Shown: positions 1 to 8,382, counted from the stretch's first letter. The stretch: DNA of 43,805 bases from Patescibacteria group bacterium (GCA_024239015.1 JANBVM010000004.1:1-43805); one strand, 5' to 3'. Notes: generated by a model from the letters alone, not told the origin. Made by a program: numbers and translations.

Positions 1-693
1 ATTTCAAAGGCTCTTGAGGGATCAGATATGGTTTTTATCGCTGGAGGCTTAGGAGGAGGAACTGGTTCTGGAGCAGCTCCAGTTGTAGCTAAAATAGCCA
101 TGGACTTGGGAGCTTTAACCGTTGCCATAGTGACTCTTCCTTTTTCTTTTGAAGGTTCTTATAGAAGAAGAGTTGCTAAACAAAGCAAAGATCTTTTGGA
201 GAAAAACATTGATGCTCTATTGGTTATCAAGAATGACAGACTTCTTGAGGGAATTGAACCCAAAACCTCTTTATTAAATGCTTTTTGGGTCTGCGATGAT
301 GTTTTAAGGGAAGCAGTTAGAGGGATTTCTGATTTAGTTGTACTTCCTGGAATAGTAAATGTTGATTTTGCTGATGTAAGATCTATTCTCAAGGGGGCAG
401 GCACTGCTCTCTTTGGAGTAGGCAGGGCTCAGGGCGAAAGAAGAGCCGGAGAAGCAGTAAGGCTGGCTCTTAGTTCTCCATTATTGGACGTGACTCCAAA
501 AGGGGCAAAAGGGGTTTTGTTTAATATCTCAGGTGGAGACATTTCTCTTTCTGAGATTGAAGAGGTTGGCAGTATTATTACCAAAGAAATTAATCCCAAA
601 GCCAAGGTAATTTTTGGAGCAGTTCAGGATGAAAAGCTGAAAAAAGGAGAAATAAAAGTAAGTGTAATTGTCACTGGTTTTAAAAAGTCTTAG
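1..693 (+). CDS. ftsZ: Cell division protein FtsZ, 5'-truncated by the window edge
   Basis: Frame is open from base 1 (ISKALEGSDMVFIAGG...). Tubulin signature GGGTGSG, T7 loop VNVDFADV, PFSFEG and SPLLD motifs. Confidence 0.97.
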   Translation: MSKALEGSDMVFIAGGLGGGTGSGAAPVVAKIAMDLGALTVAIVTLPFSFEGSYRRRVAKQSKDLLEKNIDALLVIKNDRLLEGIEPKTSLLNAFWVCDDVLREAVRGISDLVVLPGIVNVDFADVRSILKGAGTALFGVGRAQGERRAGEAVRLALSSPLLDVTPKGAKGVLFNISGGDISLSEIEEVGSIITKEINPKAKVIFGAVQDEKLKKGEIKVSVIVTGFKKS

Positions 694-702
694 CTTTTCC
701 AC

Positions 703-731
703 TTGACCGACTGATCGAGAAACGATATTCT
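703..731 (+). promoter_or_regulatory. Sigma70-type promoter for the cobalamin operon
   Basis: TTGACC (703-708), 17 bp spacer, TATTCT (726-731), directly upstream of the riboswitch. Confidence 0.65.
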
Positions 732-739
732 TAAATATA

Positions 740-885
740 ATAATAAGTACTATAAAACAAGCGGGGAAACAGGTGAAAATCCTGTGCTGTGCCGCAACTG
801 TAATCTCTTCCTCTTTTTTTCAAAGAGGAGGGTAAGCCAGAATGCCGCTAGAAATCTTTTAACGCCTACCTTCGAGCAAAGGAGA
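740..885 (+). ncRNA. Cobalamin (B12) riboswitch, compact form
   Basis: Canonical elements in order: GGGAA, acagg-TGAAAAT-cctgt, GCTGTGCCGCAACTGTAA, a single hairpin and the B12 box AAGCCAGAATGCC. The stem AGCGG/CCGCT closes the aptamer, followed by a P13-like hairpin CCTTCGAGCAAAGG. Confidence 0.93.
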
Positions 886-921
886 GAGTGTTAATCTTTT
901 TTTGAAATAAAGATTACTTCT

Positions 922-945
922 GTCCCACTCGAAGTGGGATTTTTG
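922..945 (+). terminator. Riboswitch expression-platform terminator
   Basis: GTCCCACT-cga-AGTGGGAT followed by TTTT just before the ATG at 950. CTCGAAG (928-934) can alternatively pair with CTTCGAG (870-876). Confidence 0.75.
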
Positions 946-949
946 ATTT

Positions 950-2767
950 ATGAAAAAGAAAATTTTTATTACTTCTTTAGCCATAATCTTACTTGCCATA
1001 CTTGGATTAACTAATTTTCCCAAAATTTACTCACAAAGCCAATCAGAAATTGATAAAACAGTAAGTTATCTTAAATCCCAACCTCAAACAGCCTGGAGCA
1101 CTATAGCACTAGCTGGGGCTGGAGATAGTGGTATTGATTTGAACCATTTAAGGTCTGTTCCTTCTGATCAAAAATCTACCACTGCTTACGCCAAATATAT
1201 CTTAGCTTTAGTGGCAGCTGGGAATAATCCTACTAATTTTGGAGACGAAAATTACGTAGAAAAATTAAAGAGTTATTATCAAGAGGACCAATTTGGAAAC
1301 ACTAATTTAATTAACGATGATATCTGGGCAATATTAGCTTTAGGTTCAGTCGGTCAAGAGAATCTATCAATAGTCCAAAAATCTAAAGATTATGTTTTGA
1401 ACCACCAAAATCTGGATGGGGGGTGGAGCTATGACATTTCTATTTCTTCTTCTGACACCAATGACACTGCAGCTGCTATTATGGCTTTACTTGAAGCTGG
1501 GGTTTCCGACTCATCTTTGGCTATTCAAAATGCTGTTTCTTATCTTAAATCAGGACAAAACTCAGACGGAGGTTTTCCTTATACTTCAGGTTCAATTTCT
1601 GATTCTTGTTCTGATTCATGGGTGATTTCATCTATCTATAAACTAGGACAAGTCCCTACAGACTTAAATTGGACAAAAGATGGGAAAAACGCTCTGGACC
1701 ACCTTAAATCTTTACAAGACGAAGATGGTGGTTCTTGGTGGCAGTCTACTGGAGACAACAAATTCTGTAGTGCTTATGCTTTAACTGCTTTGTTAGGAAA
1801 ACACTATCCAGCTGGAACTATTTATAATAGTCATCGTCTAAGAATCGAGGGTTTATATAGTACTGTTTGCGAAATCGATACTAATGGAGGAACTGCTATG
1901 GATTTGATAATCTCAGGATCAAAAATATGTGGCTATAATTACTCAATCATTGAATATCCTGGACTAGGTCTATATCTAGCAGAGCTAGGAGGCGAGACCA
2001 GCTGGATGTATCTGGTAGACAATATTCCTCCAACGATAGGAGCAGATAATTATTATTTAGAGATTGGAGACGAAACTTTATGGCATTCCGGACAATGGCT
2101 GGAGAAGGGTTGGAATCTGACTAAAGTAGAATTAATTGAGAGCGGCGATTTAGTTAAAATTCAAGTCAAATATTACGATTCTACTACTGGTGATTGGCAT
2201 AGCCTAGAAGTAGGAGAGCTAAAGGTAGAGATTGGCTCTTCGGAACTAACAACTAATGATTTAGGCCAAATAGAATTCTCTTTAGCTAGCTTAGAAGATG
2301 GCTTTTATGATGTATTCGTTGAGACTCAAATTATAAATGAGGAAGGTTATATTAGGAGTGAAAAAGAAAGCTTAAAAATAGGTACAGTTCCACCAGAGCA
2401 TGGAGTGAGTTTAAAAGTAGATGTTGAAAGATTAAAAGTTCAGACTGCTGGACTACAAACTACCATTAGCTTTTCTATAAGCCCAGACATATTGGACTTT
2501 GGAAAGTTAAAGCCAGGGGAAAGTTCAACCAAAGATTTAACTATTGATAATCAAGACACCGGAATTTATTTAGAAACAGAAGTAAGTGGAGCTAGTATTT
2601 TTCAGGAAAACTTAGATATCGATGGAGAATTCTGGCAAGTTTTCTCATCTGGGGTAGAGGCGGGAGAAACTAAGACTTTACCTATTAAAATAATCATTCC
2701 CAAAAACTATAGTGGGAATTTTGGCTTACTAGAAGGAGAGCTTACTTTTTGGGCTATTAAGAAATGA
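950..2767 (+). CDS. Secreted/surface transcobalamin-like protein: prenyltransferase/squalene-oxidase repeats, DUF4430-like domain and Ig-like domains
   Basis: N-terminal signal/TM segment. QW-type repeats (HQNLDGGW, GQNSDGGF, LQDEDGGSW). DUF4430-like segment (SWMYLVDNIPPTIGADNYYLEIGDETLW). Beta-rich C-terminus (LDFGKLKPGES). First gene behind the B12 riboswitch. Confidence 0.8.
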   Translation: MKKKIFITSLAIILLAILGLTNFPKIYSQSQSEIDKTVSYLKSQPQTAWSTIALAGAGDSGIDLNHLRSVPSDQKSTTAYAKYILALVAAGNNPTNFGDENYVEKLKSYYQEDQFGNTNLINDDIWAILALGSVGQENLSIVQKSKDYVLNHQNLDGGWSYDISISSSDTNDTAAAIMALLEAGVSDSSLAIQNAVSYLKSGQNSDGGFPYTSGSISDSCSDSWVISSIYKLGQVPTDLNWTKDGKNALDHLKSLQDEDGGSWWQSTGDNKFCSAYALTALLGKHYPAGTIYNSHRLRIEGLYSTVCEIDTNGGTAMDLIISGSKICGYNYSIIEYPGLGLYLAELGGETSWMYLVDNIPPTIGADNYYLEIGDETLWHSGQWLEKGWNLTKVELIESGDLVKIQVKYYDSTTGDWHSLEVGELKVEIGSSELTTNDLGQIEFSLASLEDGFYDVFVETQIINEEGYIRSEKESLKIGTVPPEHGVSLKVDVERLKVQTAGLQTTISFSISPDILDFGKLKPGESSTKDLTIDNQDTGIYLETEVSGASIFQENLDIDGEFWQVFSSGVEAGETKTLPIKIIIPKNYSGNFGLLEGELTFWAIKK

Positions 2768-3333
2768 AAAAAAATCTATCAATCTTAATAATAACCTTTC
2801 TTTTATCAGCTGCTCTTGTCCAAGCTGTAGCAGTTAAGGTTGAGCCTTCTGAATTAAGAATTGAAACCAATTTCAAAACTCATTTTAAAGAAGAAATCAT
2901 CGTAGAAAATCCAGATAATAACGTAGCCCTATATGAAGTTTATCTGGATAATTTTTCAGATTGGATTAAGGTAGAACCAGAAAGTTTTATTCTAGAAAGC
3001 GAAGATTCACAAACAGTAATTTTAGAAATTGATAGTAAAGAAAAAGGTGTTTTTTCAACCACCATTTCAGTTGTAGCTAAACCTTTGTCTGGAAGGAAAT
3101 TCAAGGCAAACTCTGGGGTAAAGATTCCCTTAGAAGTTAGGGTCGTTGAAGGAGAGAAGGAAACCCTTTTAGCTACCGTTTATAGAAACGGAACAAACCT
3201 TGTTTATAACTCAAAGAATCTAATTAATGTTTTGAGTTTAATCTTAATCTTAGTTCTAGGGATTTGGATAACAAATAAAAAGATGAAATCAAAAGACAAA
3301 GACCATTATAACTTCCCAGCTATAAAATTCTAA
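2764..3333 (+). CDS. Membrane-anchored Ig/PapD-like hypothetical protein
   Basis: Signal peptide, VEPS-type beta-sandwich motifs, C-terminal TM helix with basic tail. ATGA overlap with the upstream gene. Confidence 0.7.
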   Translation: MKKNLSILIITFLLSAALVQAVAVKVEPSELRIETNFKTHFKEEIIVENPDNNVALYEVYLDNFSDWIKVEPESFILESEDSQTVILEIDSKEKGVFSTTISVVAKPLSGRKFKANSGVKIPLEVRVVEGEKETLLATVYRNGTNLVYNSKNLINVLSLILILVLGIWITNKKMKSKDKDHYNFPAIKF

Positions 3334-3337
3334 AAAG

Positions 3338-3775
3338 GTGACAAAAAGCACAAAGATAATAATTGGCACAGGGACACTTTTTATCTTAACTGTTCTATTG
3401 GTGTTTGGTTTTTCAGATTTTGATTTGAAAGAGGGTATAAAAACCCAAATTGAGGAAGGACGCTTAGTAGGTAAAGTAAATTTAGTTATTGATTTTGGAG
3501 AGGGAGAGATCGAAACCTTTGAAAGAGAAACAAAAGAAACAATGACAGCCTTTGATTTATTAAAAGAAGGAACAGAAGAGTTAAGTTTATCTCTAGAAAC
3601 TAAGAACTATGATATAGGAGTATTTATTGAAACAATCGGGGATAAGAAAAATGGTCAGGATGAAAAATATTGGCTATATTATATCAATAATCAACCTCCT
3701 CCTGTTGCAGCTGATAAAAGAGGAATAGAACCAGGAGATAAGGTTGAGTTTAGGTTTGAGAAACCACCTTTTTAA
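3338..3775 (+). CDS. DUF4430 (transcobalamin-like C-terminal domain) protein with N-terminal membrane anchor
   Basis: Motifs TAFDLL, GVFIETIG, YWLYYINNQPPPVAAD, GDKVEFRF. GTG start. Confidence 0.85.
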   Translation: MTKSTKIIIGTGTLFILTVLLVFGFSDFDLKEGIKTQIEEGRLVGKVNLVIDFGEGEIETFERETKETMTAFDLLKEGTEELSLSLETKNYDIGVFIETIGDKKNGQDEKYWLYYINNQPPPVAADKRGIEPGDKVEFRFEKPPF

Positions 3776-3777
3776 TT

Positions 3778-4350
3778 ATGAAGATTTTTAAGGATCAAGA
3801 AGAATTCTTCCAAATTTTTATTGCTTTAGTCTTTATCTTGATTGGGGTCTTAATGAGATTAGTGCCTCATCCTCCCAATTTTGCCCCCATTTTAGCTATT
3901 GCTCTCTTTGGCGGGACCTACCTTTCTAAAAAAATAGCTCTTACTTTACCGATAATAGCTATGATAATTTCAGATATTTTTATCGGTTTTTACAATCCCT
4001 TGGTGATGGCATCTGTTTACATAAGTTTCATTCTAACTGCAGTTTTAGGGCTTTGGTTAAAAAACAATAAAAGATGGTATGCAGTAAGTGGAAGCGCCCT
4101 TCTATCTGCTTTTTTGTTTTTCTTAATTACTAATTTTGCTGTGTGGGCTTTTGGCCACATGTATTCAAGAGACTTTTTTGGCCTGATGCAATCTTATTTT
4201 ATGGCTATACCCTTTTTTAAGAACACTTTTTTATCGAATTTATTCTACGTGATCGTATTCTTTGGCGCCTATGAAGCGGTCTTATTCTGGGTCAAAATAA
4301 AATTTAAAATTCCTCAAGTTGCTGTTTTGAGAAATGATTCGCGACAATAA
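3778..4350 (+). CDS. DUF6580-family / ECF S-component-like membrane transporter, probably for corrinoids
   Basis: About six TM helices, with RLVPHPPNFAPILAIALFGG, FFLITNFAVW and AIPFFKNT motifs. Last gene of the riboswitch operon. Confidence 0.8.
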   Translation: MKIFKDQEEFFQIFIALVFILIGVLMRLVPHPPNFAPILAIALFGGTYLSKKIALTLPIIAMIISDIFIGFYNPLVMASVYISFILTAVLGLWLKNNKRWYAVSGSALLSAFLFFLITNFAVWAFGHMYSRDFFGLMQSYFMAIPFFKNTFLSNLFYVIVFFGAYEAVLFWVKIKFKIPQVAVLRNDSRQ

Positions 4351-4386
4351 AAAAGCGAGATGTGAGGTGACATCCGGCTTATTTTT
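4350..4386. terminator. Probable bidirectional terminator
   Basis: A-run, AAGC-ga-GATGT...ACATC-cg-GCTT, T-run, lying between convergent ORFs. Confidence 0.5.
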
Positions 4387-4606
4387 ATTCATCTGAAAGG
4401 GCTTCTATTTCTCTTCCAAGGGATGGATTAGTTATATCCACTTGCTCTGCAACTTCTACAGTAAATTTGTAAAGATCTTTTATGATCTAGACGAGATTAC
4501 CTTTTTTTGAATTACCTGGATTAACCGCTTTCAACTGCTCAACGCTTTCTTCTAATTCTTCTACTCTTTCTTCTAATTCTTTTACTCTGTCAACTAGTTT
4601 TTCCAC
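4385..4606 (-). pseudogene. Small coiled-coil ORF interrupted by an in-frame TAG (or a 39-aa peptide)
   Basis: GAGGCG RBS, GTG at 4606, MEKLVDRVKELEERVEELEESVEQLKAVNPGNSKKGNLV*IIKDLYKFTVEVAEQVDITNPSLGREIEALSDE*. TAG at 4489-4487, TAA at 4387-4385, then a terminator. Confidence 0.5.
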
Positions 4607-4660
4607 TAAGAATCGCCTCGCTAAATAAAATACCTAAACTCAAAAGCCTTATCAACTGTC

Positions 4661-6133
4661 ATGACAAAATCTAAAATCTTATTATACCTTTGTCTTTCTT
4701 TTATTGGAGGAGTTTTCTTAAGTTCAGTATTTAAAACATCTCAGCCAAGTATGCTGGGATTTTTGATTTTAAGTACAATTTTCATTTCGGTCTTCTGGCG
4801 ATATAAAAAGATGGTGATTTTTGGCTTCTGTTTATTTCTTCTTTCAGCTGGAGTTTGGCGTCATCAGACAGCTGAGCTGAGAATTAACAACAACGGATTA
4901 AGGAAACATATAGGAGAGGAGATTTCTCTAACCGGGTTTATTTTTTCACAACCGAGTATTGGAGAAAAAAGCACCAAACTATTAGTCCAAGCTGAGGATT
5001 TAAATGGAAAGGAAATAAAAGAAAAGATTTTAGTTAGGACTTGGAAATATCCTCAATATGAATATGGAGATAGGTTAATAATTATTGGACTGCTGGAAGA
5101 ACCAGAGGTCTTCGAAGGTTTTAATTATAGGGAGTTTTTAGCAAAAGATAACATTTATGCCTTAATGTATTTCCCGAAAATAGAACTAGTTGATAAAGGG
5201 TCTGGGAGTTTAGTAACGAGATATCTTTTTTCTTTCAAAAGTGGGCTAAGCAAGAGTTTGAATAAAATAATGCCTTCTCCCCAATCTGGACTCTTGGAGG
5301 GACTGATGTTTGGAGACGAAGATAATATTTCAACAGAATGGAAAGAAAAATTTAATCTCACTGGTACTCGTCATATTACAGCTGTCTCTGGAATGAATAC
5401 TACGATTATTTCTACCTTAGTTTTGGGTTTTCTTTTGTCTTTGGGTTTTTGGAGACGCCAGGCCTTTTATCTTTCTGTGATTTTTATATTTTTCTATATT
5501 CTAATGATAGGCGCTCCAGCCTCAGCTATCAGGGCTGGTATCATGGGAGCTCTTTTTCTAACGGCCCAGCATCTTGGCAGGGTTTCAAGTGGTTTTAGAA
5601 TAATTGTTTTTGCAGGCGCCATAATGCTGTTTTTAAACCCTTTGCTTTTAAAATCAGATGTTGGGTTTCAGCTGTCTTTTTTAGCGACATTGGGCTTAGT
5701 TTTGTTACAACCAATTCTCTCAAGTTTATTTAAAAAAATTCCAAATATAATTGAACTTAGATATACTTTGTCAGCTACCTTAGCTGCTCAATTTTTTGCT
5801 CTTCCGATTTTAATTTATAACTTCGGGCAAGTTCCTTTAATAGGGCCTTTAGCTAATGTCCTTATTGTCCCTCTTTTGGTAGTGATTACAATTTTAGGCT
5901 TTATTTTTTCTTTCTTAGGAATGATTCTTTATCCTCTTGGCCAAATCCTTTCTTTTCCAGCCTGGTTTCTTCTGACTTATATCTTTAAAGTAATTGATTT
6001 TTCTTCAAAAATTCCCCATGCAACCTTAAGCCTTGAAAATATTCCCTGGATTTTTATTTTTACCTCTTATTTATTTTTAGGAGTTGTGGTCTGGCGCCTA
6101 CAAGAGAAAGATAGACTGAAACTTTTGCAGTAA
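4661..6133 (+). CDS. comEC: ComEC/Rec2 competence DNA-uptake channel, without the C-terminal metallo-beta-lactamase domain
   Basis: GTRHITAVSGMN, ASAIRAGIM and DVGFQLSFLAT motifs, an N-terminal OB-like region and many TM helices. Confidence 0.93.
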   Translation: MTKSKILLYLCLSFIGGVFLSSVFKTSQPSMLGFLILSTIFISVFWRYKKMVIFGFCLFLLSAGVWRHQTAELRINNNGLRKHIGEEISLTGFIFSQPSIGEKSTKLLVQAEDLNGKEIKEKILVRTWKYPQYEYGDRLIIIGLLEEPEVFEGFNYREFLAKDNIYALMYFPKIELVDKGSGSLVTRYLFSFKSGLSKSLNKIMPSPQSGLLEGLMFGDEDNISTEWKEKFNLTGTRHITAVSGMNTTIISTLVLGFLLSLGFWRRQAFYLSVIFIFFYILMIGAPASAIRAGIMGALFLTAQHLGRVSSGFRIIVFAGAIMLFLNPLLLKSDVGFQLSFLATLGLVLLQPILSSLFKKIPNIIELRYTLSATLAAQFFALPILIYNFGQVPLIGPLANVLIVPLLVVITILGFIFSFLGMILYPLGQILSFPAWFLLTYIFKVIDFSSKIPHATLSLENIPWIFIFTSYLFLGVVVWRLQEKDRLKLLQ

Positions 6134-6191
6134 ACGGAACTTTATTCCTAAAAAATTTGATTATCCAACTTATATTTGATATTTTTAAACA

Positions 6192-6935
6192 ATGAACCGA
6201 ATAGAAGTATATAATAAAAAGATATACAACCGAATATGGAAATCAGGAGATATCCAGAAACCAGAAAGCTGGTCGCTCTGGGAAATCACAAAGAATTTTC
6301 AAGGAAAGAAAAGTTTGGAGGTGGGTCCAGGGAACTATCCCAAGATTGCAATTAAAAATAGTTATTTTGTGGAAATTAGCGAAGAGGCAGTAGAGCCTCT
6401 GAATAAATTGGGGGGTAAGGCCGCAGTTGGAGACGTAACAAATCTTTCTTTTGAAAACCAATTTTTTGATCTAGTGGTAGCGGCTGAAGTCTTGGAACAC
6501 ATCAAGAATGATAAAAGGGCATTTTCTGAAATCGCTAGAGTTTTAAAGCCTTCTGGTTTTTTCTTGTTTTCTGTACCCTTGAGGCAAGAACTATATGATG
6601 AGTTCGATGTCATTACCGGCCACGAAAGAAGATACGAAATTAAAGACCTAAAGGATATACTTTTAGATAATGGTTTTAAGATATTGAAATATCGTCCCAG
6701 GAGCTATTTACTAACAACATTAGATGTTTTGGCCAAAGCTCTTCTTATCAAGAAAATCCTGTTAAGGAATAAAGAACACGAGGTTTTTTTCAATTCACCA
6801 AAACCTTTTGTTAATTTATATTCAAGAACCTATGCTTTTTTGGAGAAAGCTGGAACTCCTAAGTGGAGATTGGACGTTGAGAATCTCTTAAAGCGTAGAT
6901 ATAGGGGGATTACAATTCTTTGTCAAAAAAGATAA
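6192..6935 (+). CDS. Class I SAM-dependent methyltransferase
   Basis: LEVGPG, FDLVVAAEVLEH and ARVLKPSG motifs. Confidence 0.88.
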   Translation: MNRIEVYNKKIYNRIWKSGDIQKPESWSLWEITKNFQGKKSLEVGPGNYPKIAIKNSYFVEISEEAVEPLNKLGGKAAVGDVTNLSFENQFFDLVVAAEVLEHIKNDKRAFSEIARVLKPSGFFLFSVPLRQELYDEFDVITGHERRYEIKDLKDILLDNGFKILKYRPRSYLLTTLDVLAKALLIKKILLRNKEHEVFFNSPKPFVNLYSRTYAFLEKAGTPKWRLDVENLLKRRYRGITILCQKR

Positions 6936-6985
6936 AAAAAATCAGCTCTCTTCTTTTATACATCTTGTATATAGATGAGAGCTTT
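6934..6985 (-). terminator. Terminator hairpin, copy 1 of a duplicated element
   Basis: A8-TC-AGCTCTCTTCT...AGATGAGAGCT; near-identical to 7929-7980. Confidence 0.7.
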
Positions 6986-6996
6986 ATCTAATTCTT

Positions 6997-7284
6997 CTAA
7001 CCTATGACTTCAAGATCGCATTCATCTTCGAATCCGGGTATTACATCCCTAAAAGTTATAATCTTATACGAGGGATACTCATTTTCGATCTCTTTTAACT
7101 CTTCTTGAGTTAAGTTCTTCATGGTAGCAAGAGTCTTATCGTCTTCTCGACTACGATCGTCTCGACTACGTATGTTAATGACCTTACCAGCCACTATTTT
7201 TTCGGTACCCCTTACTTTTATTGTCAGGATTCCGGTTTCAGGGTTGTATTCATGATGTTTTTTAGTATGTTTTTCAGTACTCAA
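6997..7284 (-). CDS. Hypothetical protein (95 aa ORFan)
   Basis: Own promoter (TTGACG 7361-7356, 17 bp, TTTAAT 7338-7333) and downstream terminator. TTG start. Confidence 0.65.
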   Translation of the reverse strand: MSTEKHTKKHHEYNPETGILTIKVRGTEKIVAGKVINIRSRDDRSREDDKTLATMKNLTQEELKEIENEYPSYKIITFRDVIPGFEDECDLEVIG

Positions 7285-7473
7285 TCTCTTTCATCTCTAT
7301 CCTTTATTTTCTATTAATAAAGGAACAGTTTTATTAAAACAAGATAATGATTATCCGTCAAATGTGGGTAACTCAGCGGGGCATACAGATTACTCTATAG
7401 GAAAATAGATAAAATAAAAAAATAAGCCCACAAATTATTGATCATGGGCTAAAAAGCACAGAAAAAGTGGATT

Positions 7474-7794
7474 CTACAAAAAATCAACTTCTATAAACTT
7501 ACCATATTCCTTTCTGATAATTTCCTTAATCTCTTCTTTTTCTTTTAAATCTCTTATTTGTTCAATATCTATTTTGTCTCTATCAATGTTATTTTTGATA
7601 GAGCCAGCAACTAAAGCTAGATACCCCACAGAGATTTCATCTATTATGTATAGAGAGAACAAAACTTCCTTTTTGTTCGCAAAAAGCCTTGCATTCAGGA
7701 GATTAATTTCTACATCGTGTAATGTAAACGCATAATTCAGCATTTCATTTTCTATACATATCGGTTTGTCTATCCCTTCTATTTTGTATTTCAT
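7474..7794 (-). CDS. Hypothetical protein (106 aa ORFan)
   Basis: SD GAGGTGA before the ATG. Promoter TTGACA (7913-7908), 17 bp, TATAAA (7890-7885). Hairpin plus T-run at about 7415-7455. Confidence 0.7.
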   Translation of the reverse strand: MKYKIEGIDKPICIENEMLNYAFTLHDVEINLLNARLFANKKEVLFSLYIIDEISVGYLALVAGSIKNNIDRDKIDIEQIRDLKEKEEIKEIIRKEYGKFIEVDFL

Positions 7795-7928
7795 TCACCT
7801 CACCTAAGTATCTACCAAACTTGATAGACACTTCGGTAAGGTAAATCTTCCTTCCTAAATTTAAAAGAGCCAATTTATAATTAATTTATAGATTCATATT
7901 GATAACTTGTCAATAAGATTATAGAAGT

Positions 7929-7980
7929 AAAAAAAATCGGCTCTCTTCTTTTGCATTATAAATACATAGATGAGAGCCTT
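7929..7980 (-). terminator. Terminator hairpin, copy 2 of a duplicated element
   Basis: A8-TC-GGCTCTCTTCT...AGATGAGAGCC, with a compensatory A-T to G-C pair relative to copy 1. Confidence 0.7.
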
Positions 7981-8011
7981 AGCTCTTGAAGAGGATTATT
8001 CTGTTTAAGAA

Positions 8012-8314
8012 TTAAGGCATTATTATATCAATGCCGTCGCTAATATCGATATCAGCCGGACTATACCATAAAGAATAACCCTTTTCCTTGTCCCATTCCT
8101 CCACCACCCTTGTGGTAGAATGAGCTCTTTTGATATCAACATAGAAATCCTCGATGAAGGGGTGTAAGTTAGAATAGTTTCTTTCAAGAGACTTCATCAT
8201 TTTTTCTGCTTCTTTTCCAGAGCTGAAAGTGGAATGAAACCTTTTTCCTTCTACTATTAGGATTAGATTTGTCAGTGTTTTAAACCCTCCAAAGTACCGC
8301 CCATAGGATAGCAC
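8012..8314 (-). CDS. Hypothetical protein (ORFan); the true start is probably downstream of 8314
   Basis: Open frame of 100 codons. The promoter TTGACG...TGcTATCCT overlaps the listed start, and the SD GGAGGG precedes an in-frame CTG at 8275. Confidence 0.6.
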   Translation of the reverse strand: MLSYGRYFGGFKTLTNLILIVEGKRFHSTFSSGKEAEKMMKSLERNYSNLHPFIEDFYVDIKRAHSTTRVVEEWDKEKGYSLWYSPADIDISDGIDIIMP

Positions 8315-8382
8315 ACATTAATGATTCGTCAAATAAAAGAGGTAGAAATAAAAAAAGCCTCTATATTATTTTAGAGGACATT

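Noticed and set aside
950-1800. Squalene-hopene cyclase or prenyltransferase enzyme
   Set aside because: The protein is secreted, has a single barrel fused to a DUF4430-like domain and lies under a B12 riboswitch, which favours a binding role.
4487-4489. Genome-wide stop-codon recoding
   Set aside because: TAG ends ftsZ, htrA, clpB and the S-layer gene, and TGA ends several others, so the standard code 11 fits.
7145-7172. Direct repeat TCTCGACTACG twice
   Set aside because: A small in-frame duplication (RSRDDRSRE) inside an ORF, with no wider pattern.
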